Origin: a virus
Lineage: Duplodnaviria > Heunggongvirae > Uroviricota > Caudoviricetes
Length of the DNA: 64,000 bases
Reading direction: 5' to 3' (one strand)
IMG/VR virus record: IMGVR_UViG_3300037471_000830
Below the pieces are notes generated by a model. It saw only the letters and a program-made list of their open reading frames with translations. It ran no database searches and had not been told where the DNA came from. Of the stretch, positions 29,479-39,366 are shown one piece after another; position 1 is the first letter of the stretch; each line of letters opens with the position of its first letter. Made by a program: the position numbers and the translations under genes.

Positions 29479-29663
29479 ATCTGCATTTCGACGCCTGGTT
29501 CGGCTTCTGGATTTTCATGGCGGTGTTCATCGCTTGTGAATCCTGGCTCTACAGCAAGGGCCATGAGACCTTCTTTCACAAGCACAAGACGCCTGAAGAA
29601 AAGGAAATTCAGCGCGCATTGATCGAGCGCCTGAAAACTCGCCGAACCGAATCCGAAACCTGA
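29475..29663 (+). CDS. small membrane protein
   Basis: ATG 29475 with AAAGGAGAAAAG RBS; hydrophobic helix. Confidence 0.45.
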   Translation: MNLHFDAWFGFWIFMAVFIACESWLYSKGHETFFHKHKTPEEKEIQRALIERLKTRRTESET

Positions 29664-29725
29664 TCGCAACAATTCAACCCGTGCCCTGAGAAGCACATTG
29701 CAAACCTGAAACTCAGAGGATCAAT

Positions 29726-30811
29726 ATGACCACTGCCATTGTCTCCGCTCAAACTGTTTTCTTCCAAAAGGGCACCACCTTCACGCTGGGCGACGCCTCC
29801 GCCATGAACGCGAAGGAGAAGCTGCCGGGCGGCGTCTACACCGTGGACTTCAATCCGCTGCTGGGCGGCTACCACCTCCAGCAAGGCGAGAGCTTCATCC
29901 TGCCGTCCAAGCTGTACGGCGACACCACCAAGCATGCCGCGCGCATCTTCGACACCTTCGAGGATCGTCCGTTCGGGACCGGCGTGCTGCTCGCGGGCCT
30001 GGCTGGCAGTGGCAAGACGATGCTGTCCAAGAAGCTCGGCATGATGGCGGTCGAGAACCACATGCCTGTCCTGCTGGTCAACAACGCCTACTGCGACGAC
30101 GCCTTCTTCCGCTTCATCCAGTCCATCGCACAGCCGAAGGTCGTGTTCTTCGACGAGTTCGAGAAGGTCTACGACGCCGATGACCAGTCCAAGATGCTGA
30201 CGCTGCTGGACGGCAACTACCCGTCCAAGACGCTGTATCTGCTGACCTGCAACGACAAGTGGCGCATCAACTCCTACATGCGCAACCGTCCTGGCCGGCT
30301 GTACTACTGCCTGGACTTCTCGGGTCTGGATCAGGCGTTCGTCACGGAATACTGTCTGGACAACCTCAAGAACAAGCTCCACATCGACAGCGTGTGTCGC
30401 GTGGCCGCCGCCTTCGCGGAGTTCAACTTCGACATGCTCAAGGCGATCGTCGAGGAAATGAACCGCTACGGCGAAACCGCGCAGGAAGTGCTCAAGATGC
30501 TGAACGTCAAGCCGGCCTATGAGGACGACTCCAACTTCGACGTGGCGGTGTTCAAGAACGGCAAGCCGTATGGCGACAAGCTGTCGCCCTCCGTCGTCAA
30601 CAAGAACCCGCTGATGGACCCGAGCCAGCATGTCGCCGTGTACTTCAAGCACAAGGAGACCGGCCGCATGCACGACTGCCAGGAGCTCAGCTTCGAGCAG
30701 GAGCACATGCTGCCCCTGGACCCGAAGGCTGGCGAGTTCCGCTACAAGATGGGCGACGTGGAGCTGGTTCTGACGCGCGCCAAGTCAAAGATGCTGGATT
30801 TCGCCTTCTAA
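29726..30811 (+). CDS. AAA+ ATPase (classical AAA clade: Walker A GLAGSGKT, Walker B VVFFDEFE, second region of homology NRPGRL)
   Basis: motifs read directly from translation. Confidence 0.7.
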   Translation: MTTAIVSAQTVFFQKGTTFTLGDASAMNAKEKLPGGVYTVDFNPLLGGYHLQQGESFILPSKLYGDTTKHAARIFDTFEDRPFGTGVLLAGLAGSGKTMLSKKLGMMAVENHMPVLLVNNAYCDDAFFRFIQSIAQPKVVFFDEFEKVYDADDQSKMLTLLDGNYPSKTLYLLTCNDKWRINSYMRNRPGRLYYCLDFSGLDQAFVTEYCLDNLKNKLHIDSVCRVAAAFAEFNFDMLKAIVEEMNRYGETAQEVLKMLNVKPAYEDDSNFDVAVFKNGKPYGDKLSPSVVNKNPLMDPSQHVAVYFKHKETGRMHDCQELSFEQEHMLPLDPKAGEFRYKMGDVELVLTRAKSKMLDFAF

Positions 30812-30932
30812 CAGAAGTAAGTCAGAGCTGACATCCTGTGAGCTTGCCTGGGTCAGAACCGCAAAGTCCTGACCTGGGCTTTCATCATTTGCTCTATAGC
30901 AAGCCCACCACTCACAAGAAAGGAGATTTGGC

Positions 30933-31490
30933 ATGAGCCCGAAATTCTTTGACCCGCTCGGACGGGAATGCAGTTTTGAAGCTTGGCGCGAATGGAAGGA
31001 ACGCTCGGACCTGAAGATCGTGCGCGAGTTCACCGGCGAGCCGATGATCGCCGAAGGTCTTGGCACCGGCTACCGCGTGCGACTGCTTTGGAACGACGAG
31101 CCCCATCAGGTGTTCGCCGAGCCCAAGGTGTTCATGCTGGAGGTCTGTCGCCAGGACGCGGCCGGCAACATGAACATCGACGCGGTGGAGTCCAGCAAGG
31201 GCTGGAAGCGCCTGTCCGACGCCATCGACGGCTACCAGGACACGCTGGTCAGCCTGGGTCTCGCAGAGCGGCGCGTGGACGGCACGCTGGACGAGTCCAG
31301 CAACCAGTCCGAGCCCACCACGCACGAGCTGGAGTTCACCGTCATCGACGCTGAGGAAGCTGAGGAAGAAACCGGTGTGGACTTCGACATGCCGGCGCTC
31401 ACCGCCGCAGTGAAGGAGGAGATGGCCCTGCACACCGACAAGGTGGGCGTGGACTTCAAGAACATGCCGGACGGCAACGATGCCTGGTGA
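30933..31490 (+). CDS. hypothetical acidic protein
   Basis: ORF track; RBS AAAGGAGA. Confidence 0.5.
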   Translation: MSPKFFDPLGRECSFEAWREWKERSDLKIVREFTGEPMIAEGLGTGYRVRLLWNDEPHQVFAEPKVFMLEVCRQDAAGNMNIDAVESSKGWKRLSDAIDGYQDTLVSLGLAERRVDGTLDESSNQSEPTTHELEFTVIDAEEAEEETGVDFDMPALTAAVKEEMALHTDKVGVDFKNMPDGNDAW

Positions 31491-31758
31491 AAGCTCCTGC
31501 CCCGACTGTGAGCGATCCAATCAGGTCGCTCGCGCGCAGACCGCCAAGCTGATGGCGATGTTGGACAAGCCCGGCGCTCTGGAGCATCTGAGCGACGTGC
31601 TGACCGCCGCTCACAAAATGAGTCCTCCTGTGGGCTGGATGATCAAGCGCGGCGATGTGATTTTGGACATGGTTTGGAATAAGAAGCTTGCCGAAACCAT
31701 CAAGTCGCACCACCAAAATAACTACATCGTGGAGTTACACGAAGGCAAGCGCCTTTAA
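31480..31758 (+). CDS. hypothetical protein
   Basis: ORF track. Confidence 0.45.
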   Translation: MPGESSCPDCERSNQVARAQTAKLMAMLDKPGALEHLSDVLTAAHKMSPPVGWMIKRGDVILDMVWNKKLAETIKSHHQNNYIVELHEGKRL

Positions 31759-31785
31759 GTACGGCGCCAATCCTGGATTGATTCG

Positions 31786-31814
31786 GAAGCCGCCCGTGGG
31801 CGGCTTTCTTTTGG
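31786..31814 (+). terminator. rho-independent terminator (AAGCCGCCC-gtg-GGCGGCTT + TCTTTTG)
   Basis: 9-bp GC stem plus T-run after CDS 31480..31758. Confidence 0.6.
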
Positions 31815-31822
31815 AGAAAGAC

Positions 31823-32023
31823 ATGGACAAATTCCAATACGAGGCTGAGGCAAAGGATGCCCGGACTCTGGACGAGAAGCGCCAATATGGCGACAAACTG
31901 GAGCGCCTTGGAGTATGGACGGATGGACTGTCCATATCCAGTGAATATGAGCCTGGCTGGGCGCCTGCTTTCCGATTCAAGAAAGGTGAGAAATACAGGA
32001 TTACCATCGAGAAAGTGAAGTAG
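31823..32023 (+). CDS. hypothetical small protein
   Basis: ATG 31823 just after terminator with GGAGAAAG RBS. Confidence 0.4.
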   Translation: MDKFQYEAEAKDARTLDEKRQYGDKLERLGVWTDGLSISSEYEPGWAPAFRFKKGEKYRITIEKVK

Positions 32024-32104
32024 CCAACGAATCGCCTGCTCCCGGTTGTGATTATTCGTCTGTCGCGAATTGATCGTGACACCGATTCAACCCGTGGAGC
32101 TTGC

Positions 32105-32506
32105 ATGAAAGCCGTTATTCGCATCCAAAAGTCTCGTCGCCCGCAGTCTGGTGAAATCAAGGGTTTGCGCCTGCAAGCCTGCGTTCCCAACAAGCAAGGT
32201 CGCAAGTCCAAAGCGAATTTCAACGCGCTTGGAGAAGTGAATAACTTCTACGTCACGAACGAGGAGATTCCTTCTTTCAAGAAGCCCTACCTGATTTTGG
32301 AAACGGGCGACCTGTACGAAGTGGACAAGTTCTATTTCCAGCGATTCGTCCAGAACCTCAAGTGGGAGGGCTACACGGAGCTGGAGTTCTACGGTGAGGA
32401 GTGGGAGGACGTGGACTTCGACCTCACGCCCTGGGGTGGTCCTGTCACCGAAGCCGCCCTGATCGCCATGCAGCCCTCGATCCAAGCCGCGCGCATCGCG
32501 GGCTGA
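32105..32506 (+). CDS. hypothetical protein
   Basis: in-frame ATG in ORF 32048..32506. Confidence 0.45.
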   Translation: MKAVIRIQKSRRPQSGEIKGLRLQACVPNKQGRKSKANFNALGEVNNFYVTNEEIPSFKKPYLILETGDLYEVDKFYFQRFVQNLKWEGYTELEFYGEEWEDVDFDLTPWGGPVTEAALIAMQPSIQAARIAG

Positions 32507-32674
32507 CAGGAGGCGCGCGATGGACACCGGCCTGATCTTTCGCGCGCTGGAAATCTACCGCTCCCTGGGCACCAGGCGGGCGGCGGGTTTCCTGCGCAAC
32601 CGAGGCGTGCCCGTGGAGGCCGCGGTTCGACTACTGGCCGTTCGGCCGCACAAGGAATGCAGGAGGAAGGCGGC

Positions 32675-33193
32675 ATGAGCGCCAAAGCGAACTGGAACTA
32701 CTTCAGGCGGCCCAAGGTGGTGGACCGCTGCGTGCGTGCGGTGATCCAGGCCCGTGACGAGGCGCTGCTGCATCAGGACGTTGGCGACGCGCCCATGACG
32801 GCCGCAGCCGCCTATGACCTGGGTCGCGAGGGTGGCGCCTACGAGATGCGGCGCGTGCGGCGCTGGCTTCAGGCGGCGCCCACCAATCCGGCCCTGCCCA
32901 CCGACTGCATCCGTGCCTACGACGCCGGCCTGGCCCTGGACGAGAAGGACAGGGAGGAAGACAGGCGGCGCGACGAGTGGGACGACTGGAGCGAGCGCCA
33001 GTGGGAAATCGAGCATGGCGACCCTTTGCGCTACCCGCAGGCGACCCACGCCAGCGTGGAGTGGGAGCAGATGCTTCAAGAGGAGAGCCAGCGCAACGCC
33101 GCCTGGCAGCGGCACGAGGAAGGCTTCGAGGAGCCGCCCCTATTCATGATCCGCGTCGGCAAGGAGTACGGCGCGGACTTCGCGTCCTGGTGA
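32675..33193 (+). CDS. hypothetical protein (Trp/Arg-rich)
   Basis: ATG 32675 with AGGAGGAAGG RBS; ORF 32657..33193. Confidence 0.5.
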   Translation: MSAKANWNYFRRPKVVDRCVRAVIQARDEALLHQDVGDAPMTAAAAYDLGREGGAYEMRRVRRWLQAAPTNPALPTDCIRAYDAGLALDEKDREEDRRRDEWDDWSERQWEIEHGDPLRYPQATHASVEWEQMLQEESQRNAAWQRHEEGFEEPPLFMIRVGKEYGADFASW

Positions 33194-33224
33194 CGCGCAA
33201 CCAAGAAAGGCAAAAGGTAATCCA

Positions 33225-33404
33225 GTGACCATCAAGCACGACCTGACCATCACCGAGGACGAGATGGCGACGCTTGTCAGTGCGCTTTCTCAGGCCGCGA
33301 ATCAGCTTCAGCATGTCCCATTTTTGGCGGACGAGTACGCTAAGGTGGTCGCCTTGCTCAACAAGCTGGAGAAGGAGCAAGCCAACGGGTACGACGCGCC
33401 ATGA
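33225..33404 (+). CDS. hypothetical small protein
   Basis: GTG 33225, 59 codons, ATGA-type coupling to next ORF. Confidence 0.3.
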   Translation: MTIKHDLTITEDEMATLVSALSQAANQLQHVPFLADEYAKVVALLNKLEKEQANGYDAP

Positions 33405-33655
33405 TCCACCACACCGTAGGCGTCTATCCGAACGACGAGCACGGATGCGGACGCAAGCACAACGGCGTCACCTCCGAGAACCTGGCTCGCCACATCAAGT
33501 ACAACCTGGACTTCCGACCTGGCCGCAGCTTGTTCGTCGATGGCTGGTGCATCTACACCGGCATTGGCCGCACCCGGGAGCGGGACGAGGCGGTCGAGAA
33601 GGAACTTCAGGCGAACCCCAGGACGATGGAGCGCGACACCGCGCCATACCAATGA
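33401..33655 (+). CDS. hypothetical protein
   Basis: ORF track; followed by terminator. Confidence 0.45.
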   Translation: MIHHTVGVYPNDEHGCGRKHNGVTSENLARHIKYNLDFRPGRSLFVDGWCIYTGIGRTRERDEAVEKELQANPRTMERDTAPYQ

Positions 33656-33658
33656 TCC

Positions 33659-33682
33659 AGGAGCCTACGGGCTCCTTTTCTT
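33659..33682 (+). terminator. rho-independent terminator (GGAGCC-tacg-GGCTCC + TTTTCTT)
   Basis: perfect hairpin plus T-run. Confidence 0.6.
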
Positions 33683-33711
33683 CGACCACCACACCATCCT
33701 AGGAACACATC

Positions 33712-34089
33712 ATGAAGATCAAGACCGCCGAACTGACTGGCGTTGCGCTGGACTTTGCAGTGGCTCAGTGCGAGGGCTCGCTGCCTGCGAGCTTTGACGA
33801 TTGGAAGCAGACCTGGCCCCGCTACTCCGCCAACTGGAGCCAAGGCGGCCCGATCATCGAACAGCAAAGCCTGTGGGTGCGTGAGTCGGCAGTTGCCTCA
33901 CCTGCGGTTGCGCACCTTGTCACTCCAGACAAGAAGTGGTTCGCTTACGCGCAACGCAGCCACGATGGAACTGCGGCCAAGTGCTATTACGGCGCGACCT
34001 TCCTCATCGCCGCCATGCGCTGCTATGTCGCCAGCCGCCTCGGCGATGAAGTGAAAGTTCCTGACGAGCTTGCCAACTACGTCGCCTGA
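33712..34089 (+). CDS. hypothetical protein
   Basis: ORF track; RBS-like AGGAACACATCATG. Confidence 0.5.
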   Translation: MKIKTAELTGVALDFAVAQCEGSLPASFDDWKQTWPRYSANWSQGGPIIEQQSLWVRESAVASPAVAHLVTPDKKWFAYAQRSHDGTAAKCYYGATFLIAAMRCYVASRLGDEVKVPDELANYVA

Positions 34090-34288
34090 CCAAGCCCTTG
34101 TGGGCCTACCGAACTACGCTATAGTTCAGTCATCGCTGAGCGACACAAGACGAACAGCGCCGACGCCAAGCAGAGTGAAGATAGCCAAGCAAGACGCTTG
34201 CGAGTCCGAAGGTCGGTTGCGATAGTTCAGTCATCGCTGAAGCGATACCCGCAAACTGGAACGCGCAATGTTGCGCAAGGAGAAAGCA

Positions 34289-35161
34289 ATGAGCGAAGCC
34301 CAATCCACCGTCATCGAGTCCATCGACCCCGCGATCATCACCACTGTGCCTGCGTCCGACGTGAGCGCCGACGTGCTGGCCCTGGACGCGATGCTGGGCG
34401 ACGAGCTGGACCTGGACAGCGCCCTGAGCATGGATGTGCTGGGTGGCGAGGGCGAAATCCTCGAAGCGCCGGTCGATGACCTGGACGCCGCCCTGGGCGA
34501 AGTGACCATCGCCGAAGCGAAGATGGAGCTCTACCAGCAGCAAAGCGAGGAGCTGGAGAAGCGCGACGCCGAAGAAGCCGCGAAGGATGCGCCCAAGACC
34601 GACGCCGACGCGGTGGTCGTCGAAGGCGAAGCCAAGCCCAAGAAGGAGCGCAAGTCCGCTGCGCCGAAAGAGAAGAAGGAGCCGCGTCCGACCTTCGTGA
34701 CGCACGACAAGTCGGAAATCCTCCTGCACCGCGTCGGCGAGAAGCGCGAACTGCTCAACCTGGAACTCACCGACTTCGCCTTGCCTCCTGAAGAACAGCT
34801 CGCCAAGCAGAAGGCGCTGCTGGAGGACATCGACAAGAACACCGCCAAGAAGGTCGCGGAGAAGGCGCTCATGGTGTTCGCTGGCAAGTCGTCCACGCAG
34901 ACCGTGATCAAGATCGCCTTCGAGACCCTGGCCCGCGATGGCTACCTCACGTCCGGCAATGAGGGCAACTTGCACAAGGCGCTGCTTGCCAAGCCCTTCT
35001 CGCAGGGCACCGCAGCAAGCCAGGGGAACCAGATTTTCTGCCTGTTCCCGCTGCTGAAGATCGCGCACAAGTCCAAGGGTCGGCTCGATCCGAACCCCAA
35101 CAGCACGATCCTGGCGCAGACCCTGACGGAAATGGGCCTGACCCTCAAGACCGCCGAGTAA
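34289..35161 (+). CDS. hypothetical protein, acidic N-terminal half
   Basis: ATG 34289 with AAGGAGAAAG RBS; two upstream TTCAGTCATCGCTGA motif copies. Confidence 0.55.
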   Translation: MSEAQSTVIESIDPAIITTVPASDVSADVLALDAMLGDELDLDSALSMDVLGGEGEILEAPVDDLDAALGEVTIAEAKMELYQQQSEELEKRDAEEAAKDAPKTDADAVVVEGEAKPKKERKSAAPKEKKEPRPTFVTHDKSEILLHRVGEKRELLNLELTDFALPPEEQLAKQKALLEDIDKNTAKKVAEKALMVFAGKSSTQTVIKIAFETLARDGYLTSGNEGNLHKALLAKPFSQGTAASQGNQIFCLFPLLKIAHKSKGRLDPNPNSTILAQTLTEMGLTLKTAE

Positions 35162-35216
35162 CACGGTTTGGGCGGCTTCGTCCGCCCTGAACGATCATTC
35201 ACTACTGAGGAACCAA

Positions 35217-35651
35217 ATGAGCTTGGATACCTGGAAGCAGGAGTTCTACCCGGTGGCGGCCGTTGAATGCCCGGGAAACGTCGTCGATGCCATTGCCCAC
35301 TCCATCAGGAAGTGGACGGGGTTGACGAAGGAAAACTTGGAGCGGCACGGACTGAGAAAGGTCAGTGCCGACGGTATCGGCGAGGGCGATGAGCCATCTG
35401 TTAGCGATGGCACCAAGTTCTATACCTGCTCTTTCTCCTGCGCCCTCTGCGTGCATTTCTCCTGCGCCGCTTGCCCTTTGGCGCAGGCTCGCGGAGGCGA
35501 TGGTGATGGGCGCGGTCACGTGCCTTGCGACTCTCCAAGAAGCGACGAGAGCCTGATTCTGACGCCCTGGAGGTCGTGGACCGATAAGGCCGACCCACAA
35601 CCCATGCTGACCTGGCTGCGCAAGGCCGCTGACGCTAATACCCCTATCTGA
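35217..35651 (+). CDS. hypothetical Cys-rich protein
   Basis: ORF track; motif plus GAGGAACCAAATG upstream. Confidence 0.5.
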   Translation: MSLDTWKQEFYPVAAVECPGNVVDAIAHSIRKWTGLTKENLERHGLRKVSADGIGEGDEPSVSDGTKFYTCSFSCALCVHFSCAACPLAQARGGDGDGRGHVPCDSPRSDESLILTPWRSWTDKADPQPMLTWLRKAADANTPI

Positions 35652-35668
35652 TCCGACAAGGAAAACAA

Positions 35669-36103
35669 ATGCCCTGGAACAACGAGCTGGCGATCGCCTA
35701 CGAAATTCTGAGCGGGATTCCCGAGAACCGCTTCAACTTGGACCGCATCGTCCAAGTCAGCAGCTATCGCTCCAAGACGCCGAATCCCGCTTCGTGCGGA
35801 ACCATTGGCTGTGGTATTGGTTGGCTGCTTATGCACCCGCGATACAAGGCGCGTGGCTTCAAACTGACCGAAACGGCTGAAGAAACCTTGATGAAGTCGC
35901 CGAGTCGGCGGGCGCAAATGAGCCCGGGAGAATATCGTTTCATAGGCGCCGATATGTTCAATATCGACGTTGATGTGGCGCAGGATTTGTTCGCCAGCCG
36001 CGACTCTGGCAATCGCCGTTTCGACCCGCCTCGCAAGGAGTATGACCAGATGTCCGACAAGCAAATCCTCCTGCATCGGATCAAGACCTGTCTGTACCAG
36101 TAG
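35669..36103 (+). CDS. hypothetical protein
   Basis: ORF track. Confidence 0.5.
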   Translation: MPWNNELAIAYEILSGIPENRFNLDRIVQVSSYRSKTPNPASCGTIGCGIGWLLMHPRYKARGFKLTETAEETLMKSPSRRAQMSPGEYRFIGADMFNIDVDVAQDLFASRDSGNRRFDPPRKEYDQMSDKQILLHRIKTCLYQ

Positions 36104-36201
36104 GCGTGAATGACGCGGGCATTTCGCCCGCGTCCAAACCATAGCGGCCAGGAATAGGCCAGGCCGCTGCGTTTTGGATTCAACCGAAGGAGTAAGCCGA
36201 A

Positions 36202-36684
36202 ATGGCGAAAATTGGATACGACGACGTGAAGGACATGGATGTGGCGGACCTGTACGCCCTCAACAAGTCCATCGTGGAGCTCATCAAGGTCAAGAATCGC
36301 GAGCGCGAACTCCGCGCCGGCGCCGACTTCAGCACGGGCGACGTTGCCAAGTTCGATTCTGCGAAGGCGGGCCGCACGGTCTATATCGTCGTGGACACGG
36401 TGCTGCCGAAGTCGTTGCACGGCTTGGAGCTGCTGGCGGACGGAAGCAAAGGCACGCTCAAGTGGCGCGTGTCGCCCTCCATCTGCGTCAAGACCACGAA
36501 GGCGGACGCGATGGACGCGATGAAGCCCAAGGTCGTCACGCCACCGCCTTCTGTCCTCTCCACCGCGCCCTACATGGAGGAGGACGAGGAGGAAGAAAAG
36601 CCGGTCGCCAAGCCGGCCGTGCCGGAACCTGTGGCGGAGCCTGGTAGCGATCGTCCTTCGACCGACTACGGCAGCGACTGGTGA
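36202..36684 (+). CDS. hypothetical protein
   Basis: ORF track; RBS GAAGGAGTAAG. Confidence 0.5.
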   Translation: MAKIGYDDVKDMDVADLYALNKSIVELIKVKNRERELRAGADFSTGDVAKFDSAKAGRTVYIVVDTVLPKSLHGLELLADGSKGTLKWRVSPSICVKTTKADAMDAMKPKVVTPPPSVLSTAPYMEEDEEEEKPVAKPAVPEPVAEPGSDRPSTDYGSDW

Positions 36685-36712
36685 GCGCCTGAAACAGAAC
36701 TATTGCGGGATT

Positions 36713-36738
36713 GGCGGGGCTCCGGCCCCGTCCTTTTA
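36713..36738 (+). terminator. rho-independent terminator (GGCGGGGC-tcc-GGCCCCG + TCCTTTTA)
   Basis: GC hairpin plus T-run after CDS 36202..36684. Confidence 0.5.
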
Positions 36739-37017
36739 GGCCACAGTCAGTCCTAGGCAAGACCGATTTAAAGGGCTTGGCCTATGGGTTTGAATTTCTA
36801 GGTGTGCAGGTATCTGCCCACTTAGGCAAACCCCGTGTAGCGGGTTTTAGACCGTAGGCCAGGGTTGGCATATCTGCGGGCTGGTGAGGTATTTTGAGAT
36901 TGCAGGATGCGGTCCCTTGGTCCTAGGCAGTGTTCTAGGAAAATTGATTTCCAATGTGCGCTTCCTGAATTCGGTCGCGACACTGTATTTGTCGCAACTG
37001 ACAAGGGTATTTAAATC

Positions 37018-37218
37018 GTGTCCAGTCCTAAGTTTCTGAACGATCCCGAGGACGTACAGTGGCTGTTCGCCACGCACCTGAAGGACAAGAGCAATCCTGG
37101 TGTTCAGTCATTTCTGATCTATGGGAACGAGGACGCGCCGGAGCGGGTGATCGGCTTCGCGTCCAACGATCCCCTCCTGAGCGACGTGCCCGTCCTTGAC
37201 GTGGTGCTCGCCGCGTAA
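37018..37218 (+). CDS. hypothetical small protein
   Basis: GTG start preceded by TATTTAAAT; ORF track. Confidence 0.35.
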   Translation: MSSPKFLNDPEDVQWLFATHLKDKSNPGVQSFLIYGNEDAPERVIGFASNDPLLSDVPVLDVVLAA

Positions 37219-37315
37219 TCCGCCACACGGTCTTTCGGAGACCCACAGCTATGATCGTGAAGTTCACTCAGTACCGCCTGCGTTTGTAGGCATCTAAACA
37301 TTCGAGGGAGTCCCT

Positions 37316-37591
37316 ATGAAGTCCATCGCCATCGCTTTCGTATCCGCAGTCGTTCTGGCTGCCTGTGCTCCGATGCCGCCGCAGCCAAGGATCATGGCCG
37401 GCGAGCCCGTGGTGGACCTCAAAGGTGACTTCAAGCGCCGCAACCAGGAGCAACTGGACGCGGACCTGATGGAATGTCGTGATCTGGCTGCCCAGGTGGC
37501 GGCCAAGAATCAAGGGATTCCAGGCATCAACACCGAAGGCTTTGCCTTGAGGCAATGCCTGGCAGGGCGGGGCTGGAAAGTCCTTGGATGA
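37316..37591 (+). CDS. small lipoprotein (signal peptide plus lipobox VLAAC)
   Basis: MKSIAIAFVSAVVLAAC N-terminus; RBS GAGGGAG. Confidence 0.55.
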   Translation: MKSIAIAFVSAVVLAACAPMPPQPRIMAGEPVVDLKGDFKRRNQEQLDADLMECRDLAAQVAAKNQGIPGINTEGFALRQCLAGRGWKVLG

Positions 37592-37796
37592 GAAAATGCT
37601 GAAGGTTCTTCAGAACATCGAGCGCCAATTGCTTGAGTTGGCAAAGAGGCTCAACGACCCGGAGAATGAGGTCGCATTTGTAGGCGTGATGGACATTCAC
37701 GCCTATGTGGAGAAGGAGATTGTTCTGCTTCAAAACGAACAAGCGACCGGCTCCACTGTTGACGAAGCCTTGGAGAATTTGAAGCGCGTTGGCTGA
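37584..37796 (+). CDS. hypothetical small protein
   Basis: ORF track. Confidence 0.4.
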   Translation: MDEKMLKVLQNIERQLLELAKRLNDPENEVAFVGVMDIHAYVEKEIVLLQNEQATGSTVDEALENLKRVG

Positions 37797-37881
37797 GATA
37801 TTGGCGCGCTGAGATTCCTAGCCACGTTGTCTGATTCCTAAAATCACAATTCTCTCTGTCGCAACATGACAGGGACGAATT

Positions 37882-38262
37882 GTGAAGAACGAGGATTTTG
37901 TGCTGGTCTATCGGATCGAAAACAAAAATGGCTATGGCGCTTATCAAGTGGGCGCCAACTGGAGTTGGTCCGGCATGGTTGGCCCATACGACAACGCCCA
38001 ACACCCTCAGCCTGAAACCGATTCGGCGCTCGCCCCCTTTTGGAAAGAGCTGACCAATCGGATCGACTGGTATTTTGGCTTCGCTTCCAAAGAGCAAATG
38101 CGCGCCTGGTTTTACGCAGACGAATGGCTCCAGGCTCTGAAGGACGCCGGTGCCAGGTTGTCCATTTATAAAGTCCACAAAGCCCGATTCCATGCGGGCC
38201 ACACCCAGGCAATCTTCAAAAAGGGCCAAGCTGAATTGGTCGAAGTCGCCGATTTAATTTGA
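37882..38262 (+). CDS. hypothetical protein
   Basis: GTG start; ORF track. Confidence 0.45.
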   Translation: MKNEDFVLVYRIENKNGYGAYQVGANWSWSGMVGPYDNAQHPQPETDSALAPFWKELTNRIDWYFGFASKEQMRAWFYADEWLQALKDAGARLSIYKVHKARFHAGHTQAIFKKGQAELVEVADLI

Positions 38263-38320
38263 CTCAATCCTAAGTCAGCACTGAATAATCAATTCATCGC
38301 AACGAAGCGAGAACCCGCAA

Positions 38321-38728
38321 ATGGAAACCAACGTGATCAGCCTGCACACGCAGGGCAAGTTCCTCAAGCAATTCAGCGTCGGTGAGCACGCCTTCGCGGT
38401 CGTGTCCGACCCTGACATGCCCAGCACCCATTGGATCGAATGCACGGTCGGCAACGAGCCGGGCGCGGTCATCCTGCAATTCGAGAACGTGGGCCGGATG
38501 TGTGCGGTGCGCAAGATTTCCACCGCATCCAACCCGCGCGTGGGCTACCTGGAGGAACAGGCGCGCACTTGGATCGCTATCGAGCATCCGATTGTGACGC
38601 GCGTGGACTTGGGGCCGGACCTCGACTGCATCGACGCAGAGATCGCCTACGCCAAGAAGTTCATCGACGGCTTCGGCTTCCTGTCCAGCCGCTACGCGCT
38701 GGCGGACGAAGGCAATAGCGCGGACTGA
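38321..38728 (+). CDS. hypothetical protein
   Basis: ORF track. Confidence 0.5.
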   Translation: METNVISLHTQGKFLKQFSVGEHAFAVVSDPDMPSTHWIECTVGNEPGAVILQFENVGRMCAVRKISTASNPRVGYLEEQARTWIAIEHPIVTRVDLGPDLDCIDAEIAYAKKFIDGFGFLSSRYALADEGNSAD

Positions 38729-38732
38729 AGCC

Positions 38733-38957
38733 ATGCCGACCGTCATCAACGCCAACAGGCAGGTTTCGGTCGTCCTGACCGAGACCGGCGCCAACGCCAT
38801 GAACGCGATCTACGCCGAGTACGGACTCGCTCGGCGCTGGAGCGCGGGCGACGTACTCAAGGACCAACTGTGGAGCGTCATGCAGACGCTCGGCTCGGCT
38901 TTCGTGATGGGTGGCGAGCCGCCCGTCAAGGACTGCGAAATCACTTTGGAGGATTGA
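38733..38957 (+). CDS. hypothetical small protein
   Basis: ORF track. Confidence 0.45.
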   Translation: MPTVINANRQVSVVLTETGANAMNAIYAEYGLARRWSAGDVLKDQLWSVMQTLGSAFVMGGEPPVKDCEITLED

Positions 38958-38959
38958 AC

Positions 38960-39355
38960 ATGGACAAGATCAAGATCAAGCGGATCACGTTGATCCGTGC
39001 CGAGGGTCCGACCTACCAGTGCGGTCAGGTCCACGCGGTCGAAAACTGGACGCAAGCCAACTCGCTGCTGCTGGGCTGGAGCGACACGGCGCCCAAGGGT
39101 GGCGCGGCCGACAAGGTGGACTACCGCATCCGCTTCGCGGACGGCTTTGAATGCCCTGGCACCTACGCGCTCAGGCATTGGGAGGACGAGCGTCCCGACC
39201 TCCAGGGCCGGCTGCGCTCCATCGCCGACTTCTACATGGGCAAGCGATGCCCCGAAGGCTGGAGCATGGACCGCTTCAGACAGCATCTGGAGCAGCCCTA
39301 CACCCGGCGCCTGGCTGAAGCATACGGCGAGCTGCTGCACGCCTACGACATCTGA
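38960..39355 (+). CDS. hypothetical protein
   Basis: ATG 38960 in ORF 38870..39355. Confidence 0.5.
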   Translation: MDKIKIKRITLIRAEGPTYQCGQVHAVENWTQANSLLLGWSDTAPKGGAADKVDYRIRFADGFECPGTYALRHWEDERPDLQGRLRSIADFYMGKRCPEGWSMDRFRQHLEQPYTRRLAEAYGELLHAYDI

Positions 39356-39366
39356 GGAGGACTGCC

